Source of the DNA: a virus
Virus record (IMG/VR): IMGVR_UViG_3300050343_000230
Span: 13,500 to 77,499 of that record
Direction: 5' to 3' (one strand)
Length of the DNA: 64,000 bases
Part shown: positions 9,628-19,329 of the stretch, piece after piece
Numbering within the stretch: the first letter of the stretch is position 1
Layout: every line of letters starts with the position of its first letter
Translations under genes and position numbers: made by a program
The notes under the pieces: generated by a model
Told to the model about the DNA's origin: nothing
Databases searched by the model: none
Seen by the model: only the letters and a program-made list of their open reading frames with translations

Positions 9628-10413
9628 ATGACCGCTACGAATACTAATAAGCAGCCAGTATTTGTTGATCGGCCGCTAATTGCTCGGACTCGTTTAACAA
9701 ATCAGGTTGTTGGTAGTAACGCAACGGTCGAAGTCCAGGGTGGCCAAAGCCCTGCTCTACTGGTTGATATGGATGCAAACCTAAGCTCCGACAACAACAG
9801 TGGCGGCATCATCGATTCAGTAAGGGCTGTTCGTGATGACATGAACACCTCTATTGATCCTGACTATATTGTTAATACAACAACTTCAGGACAATTCATT
9901 GGCTTGGTTAGCGGCCAGACTGTTTACGTTACTAGTACTGGTCTTTTGGCTACTGGTACTTCTAACGGCCCTGGGTATTACACCTATACAGGAACTACTG
10001 TTACTGGAGAAATCAATACAGAAATCCTTTACTCAGGAGGAGTCGTCAATGGTTTTACATACACTTCCCTTGAAGCTGGCACTCTTCCCGCAGTCACATT
10101 AGCTCTTTATCACACTCGTGGAACCACAGTTCCCATCCCAGCAGATGGTGACTACCACATGGTTAGCTACAAGACCCTAGCCGTGGGCGAAACTAACATG
10201 GATTTCACAGATGTCTTGCCTGAACTCAGCGTACCAGTTCCTAATACAGGTAATACCGCAGGACTTGGAGAAGCCAGTCCTCTTCGTAATAGGGCTATCA
10301 ATCTTCAACGCGGTGATCGTCTTTATGTTGGTGTTGTACAGCGCGGTGCACAGTCTTCTCAAACTGGTTATGTAAACGGAATTAGAATTACAGCGCAAGG
10401 CGGTTTCTATTGA
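9628..10413 (+). CDS. putative structural protein
   Basis: T/G/V-rich, beta-like 261 aa in the virion module. Confidence 0.5.
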   Translation: MTATNTNKQPVFVDRPLIARTRLTNQVVGSNATVEVQGGQSPALLVDMDANLSSDNNSGGIIDSVRAVRDDMNTSIDPDYIVNTTTSGQFIGLVSGQTVYVTSTGLLATGTSNGPGYYTYTGTTVTGEINTEILYSGGVVNGFTYTSLEAGTLPAVTLALYHTRGTTVPIPADGDYHMVSYKTLAVGETNMDFTDVLPELSVPVPNTGNTAGLGEASPLRNRAINLQRGDRLYVGVVQRGAQSSQTGYVNGIRITAQGGFY

Positions 10414-10414
10414 T

Positions 10415-12148
10415 ATGACACGAAGAAGACCCGGAGGAAACTTTGGAAACTTCGGGACCGATTCTTTTGCAAAAAGACCAGACAAGAAAGATAAAAATTA
10501 TAAAGTAAAACCAATCACAGGAGCTTTTGGGGGTAGCGTTCCAGACTCTCTTTATAGCAGCAATAGAGAAGCAGCCTGGACACGATGGCGCAAAGGATGG
10601 GAGCTTGCTGTTGGAGATGGGGCACGTAAGTCTTTCTTGTATCCGTTTGACTATGAAATTCCTTTTCCTCCAGGAATCATTACACCCATTGGTGCAAGAC
10701 AACCTGTTATCTCCGGTGTCTTACAGGGTTTTCCAACTCAGAACAAAGAACTGGGTATGCACTGGGCCGGTGTTGTAGAAGCAGGTAACTTAAGATTTGA
10801 TGGCTTACAAGCACAAGATGGAACCCTGCTGGCAGTTTCTGGAGAAGCTGATCCAAGAGTTTTGTTTCTCAGCAGTGGCCAAGACAATACAAACTATTGG
10901 TATATACAGCTCAGTGGTACGTTTAGCTCAGGTACTATTTCTGGCGTAACAGGGCCTTTACCTCCGCCTTTGTATGTAAGCTTTGGTCCTGCTGGCAGTC
11001 TTAAAGCAATCAACGGAGACATACTGGAAGATACGATTTTAACTGTGTCAGGAGAAGCAATCGATGCAGAGACACGTGATCCATTAACCAATAAACTTTA
11101 CGGTTTTGTACAAGCTGTTCTTATTGATGTTGATCAAAATCAAGGCATCCTTAAAGTTGCAAAGACTGGTTCAGTAGAGACAACGATTGATTCCGGCGTT
11201 AGAAGAACGCCGTCTCGTATACCATTTCATCCAGGACGATTTCTTCAGACAGGCAGACGTTACTGTTGCTCTTGCCAGGATTACATGCGTCGTGATTACG
11301 CTTACCTATCTAATCTTGGACTTAGAAAGAAACCTTTGTTTCCTGTTACAAGGTGCGCCACGACTAAACCGGGTCGCTACGAAGTGATGACAATGAATGG
11401 GCAGGTGATGAATGCAGCCCAAACCAAAGTTAATGCACAGATTCAACAAAACCGTTTGATGACTCTTGTCTATCCAAGCGGTAATCCAAATGATTACTCT
11501 TTACCAGGGGTTGGAACATTTGAGTCAGGCAAAAACATTGAAGATCCTAAGAACTTGTATAGAGATTTACCAGGTGTCTTCTCTGATTTCGGCAAAGCGT
11601 ATACCAGAGGAGTTGGACCAAATCCTGATCAAGTTGCAGAAGGCATGCCTAACTACAACGATTACAGGGCACCCGGCGGAGAGCTTACTTTCATCGCTGA
11701 CAACTGGACCTACACACTTGATTCCTATCGTTGGTGCAAGCACATTTATGCAATGAAATTTGCTGCTGGCGAAGCACCACCAGAACCATCAGATTTTCCT
11801 GTAGAAATAGGGCTTATGAGTGAATGGGAAACAAAATTAGTTCTCAGAACCCAAGCAGAACAGGTACGTGCATTTAATAAACTGGATTATTACGGAATGG
11901 GGTACATGGATGTACCACCATTCAATATCCAGGCACCAATGATGATGCCAATGATGCAAAGACTGTTCAATGTACCTAGTACTTTTATCGATATAAAAAA
12001 CTTCATGATGAAAGATAAAGACGGTAATTACTATAGTGTTGCTTCAGGACAGAAACCTGATTCAGGCGGTCAGTCAAGTGGATTCACTATTAATGACTGG
12101 AACTTTAAAACCAACGCTTACGACTTAGGACCAGGCATAAATTACTAG
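10415..12148 (+). CDS. hypothetical protein with a split SWIM-like Zn motif
   Basis: YCCSCQDY ... WCKHIYA. Confidence 0.55.
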   Translation: MTRRRPGGNFGNFGTDSFAKRPDKKDKNYKVKPITGAFGGSVPDSLYSSNREAAWTRWRKGWELAVGDGARKSFLYPFDYEIPFPPGIITPIGARQPVISGVLQGFPTQNKELGMHWAGVVEAGNLRFDGLQAQDGTLLAVSGEADPRVLFLSSGQDNTNYWYIQLSGTFSSGTISGVTGPLPPPLYVSFGPAGSLKAINGDILEDTILTVSGEAIDAETRDPLTNKLYGFVQAVLIDVDQNQGILKVAKTGSVETTIDSGVRRTPSRIPFHPGRFLQTGRRYCCSCQDYMRRDYAYLSNLGLRKKPLFPVTRCATTKPGRYEVMTMNGQVMNAAQTKVNAQIQQNRLMTLVYPSGNPNDYSLPGVGTFESGKNIEDPKNLYRDLPGVFSDFGKAYTRGVGPNPDQVAEGMPNYNDYRAPGGELTFIADNWTYTLDSYRWCKHIYAMKFAAGEAPPEPSDFPVEIGLMSEWETKLVLRTQAEQVRAFNKLDYYGMGYMDVPPFNIQAPMMMPMMQRLFNVPSTFIDIKNFMMKDKDGNYYSVASGQKPDSGGQSSGFTINDWNFKTNAYDLGPGINY

Positions 12149-12151
12149 GAT

Positions 12152-12181
12152 TTGACTTAGCATAACTTAATCCTTTATAAT
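12152..12181 (+). promoter_or_regulatory. sigma70-type promoter
   Basis: TTGACT-N18-TATAAT upstream of ORF 12286. Confidence 0.6.
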
Positions 12182-12285
12182 GTTTTTATCAAGGAACAAT
12201 AAGTTCTCTTGATATTCAAATCAAGTTACTCGTCGAGCTGGTTGACCAGTGTCTATAGTGCCATTATTCTTTTTCTCCTCTTACC

Positions 12286-12705
12286 ATGATCCATCAACAC
12301 CTTCCGAACGACGCCCGGATAGTTGACGAAGTTTTCAATGTAGTTGCAAAACCAGGACTGGCAAAAGTAGGGTGGCTTCTTGCAATGGTTGCCGTTTACG
12401 GTAAAGCACCTATTGAACTAGAAGGGTTTACCTGGAATGAAGATAATTCAATTAACATCAAATCAAAAAAAAGACCCATTCACCCTCTGCATCCTCAGTG
12501 GGTTTTTATTTTTCAACTCAAAGAAAAGCAGCCTCTCAAAAAGAAAAGCTGCTGGAATCTCCTCGTCGTCAGCTTAACTGATGCAATGAATAAAGAACAG
12601 ATCAATCTTTCAATTGATGGTCTTATTCTTGCTCATAAGATTCGTAAAATTTATTACACTCCTATTAAACGACAGAAGCAGTTGCCTGCTCTTGTTTCTG
12701 CTTGA
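12286..12705 (+). CDS. truncated/degenerate tyrosine-recombinase-like protein
   Basis: WLLAMVAVYGKAPIEL resembles the integrase box I MxATYGLRPHE, but the catalytic Arg is absent; only 139 aa. Confidence 0.45.
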   Translation: MIHQHLPNDARIVDEVFNVVAKPGLAKVGWLLAMVAVYGKAPIELEGFTWNEDNSINIKSKKRPIHPLHPQWVFIFQLKEKQPLKKKSCWNLLVVSLTDAMNKEQINLSIDGLILAHKIRKIYYTPIKRQKQLPALVSA

Positions 12706-12883
12706 GAAGCTTCTCTACCAAAGGAATATTCCAATAGTAAGTGTCACGGCACCTAGTCATTGGTCCCGCACCAAAGTGCTTTCCTAGTTTGTAGTCACCA
12801 CTATCCCGCATGCGATAGAGCGTACTGGTATCTACGCCAAGCATCTTTACTGCGCGATGCCTTGGTTGCCAGCTACTAGCCAT
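12665..12883 (-). CDS. excisionase/AlpA-like HTH protein
   Basis: AVKMLGVDTSTLYRMRDSGDYKLGKHF winged-HTH pattern. Confidence 0.65.
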   Translation of the reverse strand: MASSWQPRHRAVKMLGVDTSTLYRMRDSGDYKLGKHFGAGPMTRCRDTYYWNIPLVEKLLKQKQEQATASVV

Positions 12884-13024
12884 TAGTTTTAATCATGTAC
12901 ATATCTAAAATAGTTCCAGATACAGAAAAGTCAAGCTGTGTGCAGAGGATGTTAACAGAGTCTTCAACAGGTTGAAGTTTTATGATATTTACCTGACATA
13001 GGATGGATTAACGGCTAGAACAAC

Positions 13025-13387
13025 ATGTTCAAAACGGAGAACGAACCGCTCGCACTCCTACTTGAACTCCGACCGAAACAAGCGAAAAAACGTTTTAGAG
13101 ATGAAATATACAAAGCCTGGAACTATAAATGTGGATATTGTGGAAACGAGGCAACCAGCCTGGACCATATTATCCCAAAATTTAAATCGGGTTCTTCCAA
13201 CCGAAATAATTTAATTCCTTGTTGTCGTACATGCAATACTAATAAAGCTTCAAGCCCAATGGAAGAATGGTACAGACAACAAGAATTCTTTTCCCAAAAA
13301 AAATTAGATGCTGTTCATGAATGGACAAAAGGAGATAAAATAGTATTTACTTCTGATATGAGCCAGCTAAGGCTAGGTGTTGCATAA
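13025..13387 (+). CDS. HNH endonuclease
   Basis: CGYCG...SLDHIIPKFKSG...NLIPCCRTCNTNK. Confidence 0.9.
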   Translation: MFKTENEPLALLLELRPKQAKKRFRDEIYKAWNYKCGYCGNEATSLDHIIPKFKSGSSNRNNLIPCCRTCNTNKASSPMEEWYRQQEFFSQKKLDAVHEWTKGDKIVFTSDMSQLRLGVA

Positions 13388-16309
13388 ATGGCTACATATA
13401 CAAGCAAAGGATGGAAAGCAACAAATTTAAAATACAACGGAAGAAGCTCAAGTAATAATCCATATACAGCAGGTGAGTTTTCAGAAGCTATACCTACAAG
13501 ATCAGCAAACCGTAAAACGGATGCAAAGACTAATCGTCCAGAAGAAACATCAACACAAATTTATGTAAAAATTAGAAATGGAAGAGTAGTAGATCTTAAA
13601 AATGATGGCAAAGATTATCAAGGAGATGAATGGAAAGCATTTACTATAAGGCAACCGAATGACTATGATGGTTACGGGTTAAAGCAGTTTGCAGAAAATA
13701 GAAACTTTGAATGGACTGATAAATATTTAAATGAGGCACGTGGTTTTGGCGACCGAATAAAAACTGAGCGAGAAAATAACATCAAAGATAATGAGACAGC
13801 TAGAAGAACAAATGATGCGAATAGAATTTTAAATGAAACAGACCAAGCTTATAACGAAACAGTCCCTGCGTTACGTCAAGAAAAAGCAGATGAATTTAAT
13901 GCAAAAGGTGATAAGCAAGTAACAAAAGTAAATTCCATAAACCAATGGAGTTCTTCTGCTGTTAAATGGGCGAAGGCTAGTCCGACTGGTCGCTATGTTG
14001 GTAATCGTTCTCAAATAAATTCAAATGCTTCTGGAGGCCAAGGTGAGTTCTTAACTTCATTAGTTAATGATGGTTATATTACAAATAAGGAAAAAAAGGA
14101 TCTTTTAGGTACTTTAACAACTTCTTATAAGACCTACTACGGCAGCACAAGGGTAACAGCCTGGAATTACGAAGCACAAGGAATCAATCCCCCTGTAGGG
14201 GGCTTTGATAGTAAGTATTACATAAACCAAAATGAAGGCAACAGTAATTTAGAAAAAAAATGGAATAATGCTGTAAAAAACGATGACCTTGATATTCTTG
14301 TTCGTTATGAAAACAAAGGTAATTTTGCATGGAATGATTACAGTACAGTAGGAAAATCAGCTGGTTATAGAGGTAATAAAGAAAAACCAACAGCACAAAC
14401 AGATGCTTATAGAGAAGATTTTCAAAAGAATTTTTCAGATGCTGATAGACAATTAATTCGTGATAACCAGCTAGGCCTTACGGGTGAAAGGATATCAGAT
14501 GGCAAACCTATTCGCACTGTTAACTGGGACGACGGAGTAGGTGGCGATTTAGAAGTAATTATTGGCGGCAGTATTGCACAAAGAGAATTAACAGAACAAG
14601 ATAAGTTTAAAGGCCTTGGTCTTGACATGGCAACTGATGCAATTAATGAATTAAATAAAGCAAGAGCAAGAGAAAGAGAATTAGATATATACAAAGGTTT
14701 ACCAGGATTTAGTGAAATATTTAATATGAATGCGACACTTTCAAACTCTATCCTGGGTGACTCAGGTGTAGGCGGAATCCTAGGAACGATGGGTGTTAAT
14801 ACATCCCAATTAGAAGAAAGTTTTGAAGATCAAATAGGGGCGGTTACAGGCGTAAACTTCAATAGCTCAGAATACAACTGGCAAAAATGGTTTAACGATA
14901 CTTTAATTAAAGATATAGAGAGTAAAAGTGAAGTACTAGGTTTTGGTGTTGATTACAATAAAGATACAGGAGAGGTAAAAATCGGAGACGAACGTACAAC
15001 TGTTTATGAACTAGAAGAAGATTTTAAAAAGAACTTTATCGATAACTATGTAACGCCACGTTTTGATCAATCAAAATCTATGGATGAATTTATTAGTTAC
15101 ATTGACACTATTGATAAAGAAACAGAACAAAATATTTTTCAAACACAAACAGCAGTAAATGCACTGCGTGATGTCGCAGCATTACGTGCAGAAGAGTTTT
15201 ATGCAGGACTAGAAGGAAAAGTAGGAGATAGTTATCAAAAATCTTTTAATCCTGAATTTTATTTTAATCCTGGGAATTCCGCTAAGTATGGAACTGTAAA
15301 TGATGCCAAAAAATTAGATTATGCAAATCAGAAAAAAGAAGTTGCTGCTGACTGGAAAAAAGCAAAAGCAAATCCTAATTCCATCGCTTACGCATTGACT
15401 AAAAAGGAAGCTAAGGACTTTGGTTTAACGGGGTCAAGAACTGGAGTAACCTGGGCAGAGCTTGCTTATTATTATGGTCTAGATTTAAAAGATAAAAATT
15501 CTTTTGCCAAGTTACATTACGACAAAATAGGACGAAGCAAAAATTTTGACCCTGCACGTGATGTAGTAACAGACAGTGATGTAAAAAGTTTTATTAGCAA
15601 TAACGTTTTATCTGCAGTAGATGATTCACGTGATAAGTTTGGTGATTCACCTTTCCTTGCTTTTGTTACACCTGAAGAATTTGCAAATGAAATACTTGAA
15701 GGTATTGATCCCTTAGAAAATAAAGATGAATGGAAAGAATTGCTTGAGCTATATGGACTAGATGAAAGCGCAACATTAAATGAAGTAAAGGAATATATTC
15801 TTGAATCCGTTAGGACAGGTGCAGCAAAAGATATAAGAGAAGGTATTAAATATTTAAACCAAAAAAGTAAAAAGCCTACGCAAAAAGAGTTAGGCGTCAC
15901 ATACATCGAAAGAGACGAAGACGCAAATCCTGAAGAAGATCCTGATGCTGATGCCTTATACAAAACATTTAAAAATGCTGGTTTTGGTGGTACGCAAGAA
16001 GAATTTTATGAAACGTTTTTGCCAGATATGGATAGAAATGATCTTAATATGATCACCCAAGGTCTTGAGGGGCTTCAACTTAAAGATGCTGACATGAGTG
16101 ATCCATTCACCGCCTTAGGTTCTGTTCAAGGCTTCCTAGGTGACGACGGTAGTGATCTATTTGGATCGTCAGACGAAGATAAAGATAAAGAAGAAGACAA
16201 AGAACCTAGTTATTTTGATTTATTTGCTGATGAAAAAAATTATGATAACGATTACGCAAGCGATTCAGGAAGAGAGTTGATTACAGATTTTACAAGTTTC
16301 TTTAAGTAA
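13388..16309 (+). CDS. large acidic putative internal virion protein (973 aa)
   Basis: long AT-rich ORF with two FD/FNxxY(Y/F)...YxxxG repeat-like segments. Confidence 0.55.
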   Translation: MATYTSKGWKATNLKYNGRSSSNNPYTAGEFSEAIPTRSANRKTDAKTNRPEETSTQIYVKIRNGRVVDLKNDGKDYQGDEWKAFTIRQPNDYDGYGLKQFAENRNFEWTDKYLNEARGFGDRIKTERENNIKDNETARRTNDANRILNETDQAYNETVPALRQEKADEFNAKGDKQVTKVNSINQWSSSAVKWAKASPTGRYVGNRSQINSNASGGQGEFLTSLVNDGYITNKEKKDLLGTLTTSYKTYYGSTRVTAWNYEAQGINPPVGGFDSKYYINQNEGNSNLEKKWNNAVKNDDLDILVRYENKGNFAWNDYSTVGKSAGYRGNKEKPTAQTDAYREDFQKNFSDADRQLIRDNQLGLTGERISDGKPIRTVNWDDGVGGDLEVIIGGSIAQRELTEQDKFKGLGLDMATDAINELNKARARERELDIYKGLPGFSEIFNMNATLSNSILGDSGVGGILGTMGVNTSQLEESFEDQIGAVTGVNFNSSEYNWQKWFNDTLIKDIESKSEVLGFGVDYNKDTGEVKIGDERTTVYELEEDFKKNFIDNYVTPRFDQSKSMDEFISYIDTIDKETEQNIFQTQTAVNALRDVAALRAEEFYAGLEGKVGDSYQKSFNPEFYFNPGNSAKYGTVNDAKKLDYANQKKEVAADWKKAKANPNSIAYALTKKEAKDFGLTGSRTGVTWAELAYYYGLDLKDKNSFAKLHYDKIGRSKNFDPARDVVTDSDVKSFISNNVLSAVDDSRDKFGDSPFLAFVTPEEFANEILEGIDPLENKDEWKELLELYGLDESATLNEVKEYILESVRTGAAKDIREGIKYLNQKSKKPTQKELGVTYIERDEDANPEEDPDADALYKTFKNAGFGGTQEEFYETFLPDMDRNDLNMITQGLEGLQLKDADMSDPFTALGSVQGFLGDDGSDLFGSSDEDKDKEEDKEPSYFDLFADEKNYDNDYASDSGRELITDFTSFFK

Positions 16310-16333
16310 AATAAACAAAAGGATCTTATCCAA

Positions 16334-16633
16334 ATGTCAGACAAGCCTAAGAGAGCAGCGAAGGCTGCCAAGCTGCATAAAGATAAGATGAAATGCAATA
16401 AGCCACAAAAAACACCAGGGCATAAAACTAAGTCCCACGTCGTAAAAGCTTGCGAAAACGGTAAAGAAAAGATAATCCGTTTTGGCCAGCAGGGCGTGAA
16501 GGGAGCCGGTAAAAATCCCCAGACAGACAAAGAGCGAGCACGTAAGAAGTCATATTACGCAAGACACAATGCACAGGATAGCAAGCCATCTAAAATGAGT
16601 GCCAGGTATTGGAGTCATAAGGTCAAATGGTAA
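16334..16633 (+). CDS. basic hypothetical protein
   Basis: KIIRFGQQG...RKKSYYARH...SARYWS, a pattern common in marine phages. Confidence 0.7.
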   Translation: MSDKPKRAAKAAKLHKDKMKCNKPQKTPGHKTKSHVVKACENGKEKIIRFGQQGVKGAGKNPQTDKERARKKSYYARHNAQDSKPSKMSARYWSHKVKW

Positions 16634-16636
16634 CTT

Positions 16637-16816
16637 ATGACTCATGTAGACATTAAAGTTTCAGTAGAAGGAGTACGTACTCTTTACCAAGCAGTCAATG
16701 ATGCACTGGAATACTGGCCTGGATCACCAGCCAGACCAGCAGAGGAGCAAGAAAATTATAGACAAATGAAATTATTTTTGTTTAGTATAGTTTGTGAAGC
16801 TAATTATGACTTATGA
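16637..16816 (+). CDS. hypothetical protein (59 aa)
   Basis: MTHVDIK...YWPGSPARPAEEQE; read manually. Confidence 0.6.
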   Translation: MTHVDIKVSVEGVRTLYQAVNDALEYWPGSPARPAEEQENYRQMKLFLFSIVCEANYDL

Positions 16817-16926
16817 ATACCGCTGGCTCTTATGTTCAAGCAAAGCCTAAGAAAACACGTCAAGGTCAAGGCAAGCATTCAAAGCCTTCTCATCGCCGTA
16901 AACAGTTACGAGGGCAAGGAAAGTAA
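16813..16926 (+). CDS. small basic protein (37 aa)
   Basis: KPKKTRQGQGKHSK...RGQGK; ATGA coupling. Confidence 0.55.
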   Translation: MNTAGSYVQAKPKKTRQGQGKHSKPSHRRKQLRGQGK

Positions 16927-16959
16927 TATATAGTTAAAGGGATTCTCTTTCAGCGTTCA

Positions 16960-17622
16960 ATGTACCCCTATAAGACTGCGTTGAACATCATTAAAACCTT
17001 TGAGGGCTTTAATGAAAAAGCATACCCAGACCCTGGGTCTGGAGGAGAACCCTACACGATTGGCCATGGAACACAGTTCTACCCTGATGGTACTGCTGTT
17101 AAGCAAGGACATATGTGTACCAAGAAGAAAGCTCTTGAGTATGTTCTCAAAGACATCAATATCATTGCGCATGAACTCAAAGCTTTAAACATGGGTCTAT
17201 ACCCATCCAGCCTGGAAGCATTGATTTCTTTTATCCATTCCATTGGATGGGAAGCTTTTTTGTACAGTGAAATTATTGACCAATTAGACAGCAACGATTA
17301 CAAGGCAGTAACTGAATCCATCAACCAATGGGTCTTTGATAAAAACCACCAGGTGATAGGAGGTTTACTGGATAGACGCAGACAAGAAGTCAGGCTATTT
17401 CTGCAAGATATAGAGATGAACCCATGGCCTTCAGACATGATTCTACTAAAGGCTTTTAGAAATTATTCTGCAGCACCTCACCAGGTACGTGCTATTCGGG
17501 AATTAGAAAGCGCAGTCAGCCCTTACGTTTTAAGTGAGTTCGCAAATGCCTTTTGCGTGACAGATACAATAGATGAAATGGAAGACGAAGAGCTAAGAGA
17601 CATCTTTAGTTCTTGGAGTTAG
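16960..17622 (+). CDS. GH24 (phage lysozyme) endolysin with C-terminal accessory module
   Basis: IKTFEG...AYPD...YTIGHGT (E-x8-D...T catalytic motif) and GLLDRRRQE. Confidence 0.9.
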   Translation: MYPYKTALNIIKTFEGFNEKAYPDPGSGGEPYTIGHGTQFYPDGTAVKQGHMCTKKKALEYVLKDINIIAHELKALNMGLYPSSLEALISFIHSIGWEAFLYSEIIDQLDSNDYKAVTESINQWVFDKNHQVIGGLLDRRRQEVRLFLQDIEMNPWPSDMILLKAFRNYSAAPHQVRAIRELESAVSPYVLSEFANAFCVTDTIDEMEDEELRDIFSSWS

Positions 17623-17646
17623 AATTATTCCAACAAGGTCTGAAGA

Positions 17647-17943
17647 ATGGAAGATTTCACATCGTTGAAAGAAATGGATCTGCCTTTACACTTACAGCTT
17701 TCTATGCGTAAAGCCGAGTTGGCAGCGCAAGAGATGACATGGGACCAGCTGCAGATTGCTCTTTTGAATCTGTACCACCAACGAATGCTTGAGCTGCAAG
17801 CAATTAAGGACATGCTCCAGGCTGAAGACGTTGAAATTGAATTTGATATCCCCACAGATCTAGAGCTTACTCAGCTTGCTATCAGCATGATGAGTCAAGA
17901 GATGGACGACGAAGAGGATGATGAACAGCCAATTTTTGGTTAA
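17647..17943 (+). CDS. nblA: NblA-like phycobilisome degradation adaptor with acidic tail
   Basis: LPLHLQLSMRKAELAAQEMTWDQLQIALLNLYHQ aligns without gaps to the recalled NblA pattern LSLEQQFSIRSFxxQVQxMSxDQAxxFLxxLYEQ. Confidence 0.65.
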   Translation: MEDFTSLKEMDLPLHLQLSMRKAELAAQEMTWDQLQIALLNLYHQRMLELQAIKDMLQAEDVEIEFDIPTDLELTQLAISMMSQEMDDEEDDEQPIFG

Positions 17944-17949
17944 ATTGTC

Positions 17950-18267
17950 ATGCTATCAACTGAATACAGGCTACGCCTAGAGTACATTTGCAAGCGCATT
18001 GCAAATCAAGAAGAGGTAAAACTCACCGATATGATCTGGGCTGAGAAGCTAGGAAAAGCTAATCGTTCAGCAGGTGAGATGATGCGCAAAGCAAGGCGAA
18101 AAGCAAATAAACCAGAAATGGAAGAAGGTAGTCTTGACAGCTTTATGAATGCAATGGATCTAGGTGATCCAGACCCAAGCAATCATCGGACTAAGTTCAA
18201 TGGTCCAGATGATATTGCAAATTGGTTTAGTCAAGAAAAAACTGATGATTGGCGTCAACGCGATTAA
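17950..18267 (+). CDS. conserved cyanophage hypothetical protein
   Basis: MLSTEYRLRLEYICKRI...MIWAEKL. Confidence 0.7.
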   Translation: MLSTEYRLRLEYICKRIANQEEVKLTDMIWAEKLGKANRSAGEMMRKARRKANKPEMEEGSLDSFMNAMDLGDPDPSNHRTKFNGPDDIANWFSQEKTDDWRQRD

Positions 18268-18449
18268 GGCCACCCAGTAGGAGCTACAATTCCTGGGTGC
18301 AAAAAGTTTTGTCCACATCGACGACGAAGATTATTTAAAACTTTTCTTTTATCTTCTGTCTTAAGGACAGGAGTATGGATTATCTCCCAAGCAACCTCCG
18401 CACACAGCTTTGCAGGCAATGGCGGAGGAGTGTAGTGTGCACCTACCAC
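18264..18449 (-). CDS. hypothetical protein
   Basis: 61-aa ORF following hli. Confidence 0.45.
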   Translation of the reverse strand: MVGAHYTPPPLPAKLCAEVAWEIIHTPVLKTEDKRKVLNNLRRRCGQNFLHPGIVAPTGWP

Positions 18450-18634
18450 AAGCCAGGAATCAATTGACCTGTGGTCGCATACGCACCGATAGCAGCAATG
18501 ATTCCAAGCATTGCGAACCTACCGTTTAAACGTTCTGCTTTTGTGTTGTGGTCTTCGGTCACTTTAATTACCTCCATTGTGGGTTCTTTAGCAAAGACGT
18601 TTGTTTGTCCATGCTCGTTAGTTGTTACCGTCAT
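18443..18634 (-). CDS. hli: high-light inducible protein
   Basis: AERLNGRFAMLG chlorophyll-binding motif and C-terminal TGQLIPGLW. Confidence 0.95.
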   Translation of the reverse strand: MTVTTNEHGQTNVFAKEPTMEVIKVTEDHNTKAERLNGRFAMLGIIAAIGAYATTGQLIPGLW

Positions 18635-18652
18635 AGTTTTTCATGATCTTGT

Positions 18653-18934
18653 TTATTCTATATCTACAAGACGCGTGAGATACCATTGCGCTTTTTGTAA
18701 TGACTGAACCCCTCCTTTATATTTTTCTCTCCACAAATATTTGGCGACGTTACCTTTTAAGTACCCTCTATATTCTTCTGGCGTTAGCTGCGCTTCAATT
18801 GCTTCAATGCATTCAATATTGCCATCAGTGTAGTGTGCAGGATGATTGACAAGATCTTCTTTTATATCATCTCCGCTTGTATCTGTTGCCCAAGGGACAG
18901 GACAAACACCCCCCGGACAATCAGAAAACTCCAT
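18653..18934 (-). CDS. DUF3310 (SaV/T7 gp1.7-like) protein
   Basis: VNHPAHY...IECIEAI...GYLKGNVAKYLWR...LQKAQWYL; start reassigned to MEFSDCPGG. Confidence 0.85.
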   Translation of the reverse strand: MEFSDCPGGVCPVPWATDTSGDDIKEDLVNHPAHYTDGNIECIEAIEAQLTPEEYRGYLKGNVAKYLWREKYKGGVQSLQKAQWYLTRLVDIE

Positions 18935-18936
18935 AA

Positions 18937-19329
18937 TCACATCGCTAGATTCTGAAGAACCGCTCCCGACCGGTTCAAACCAGTCTGTAGTTTGCGTTGC
19001 TGGTTCATCGCTACTTCCTGCTCCTCTGGTGACAGCTGACCCATGTCTACTATCAGCTGCCTTGGCTGAGGTTCCGCTCCGTGCATCATTCCGGTTTCTG
19101 CGCTTGGAATCGTTCCCGTTACTCCGCATCTGGGCTGTGCTCTTGGATCAATACTTAGGTTAATACGATCGCTCATATTTTGCTGCGTTGCAGCAAGACC
19201 AGTATTGTATTGGTCATACAAAGGAACATCATTAGCCTCATTATCCAAAGGCTGACCAAAACTATCAAGAGTCAACATACGATCTTTTAACGTATCATTC
19301 GTTCCCATGAATTCATTGAGGAAACTCAT
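18937..19329 (-). CDS. hypothetical protein
   Basis: 130-aa ORF. Confidence 0.6.
   Translation of the reverse strand: MSFLNEFMGTNDTLKDRMLTLDSFGQPLDNEANDVPLYDQYNTGLAATQQNMSDRINLSIDPRAQPRCGVTGTIPSAETGMMHGAEPQPRQLIVDMGQLSPEEQEVAMNQQRKLQTGLNRSGAVLQNLAM

Noticed and set aside
14189-14206. CCCCCTGTAGGGGGCTTT inside the 973-aa ORF, nearly identical to the terminator at 6875
   Set aside because: It lies in coding sequence (PPVGGF) with only a 3-T tail; probably coincidence, though weak attenuation cannot be excluded.
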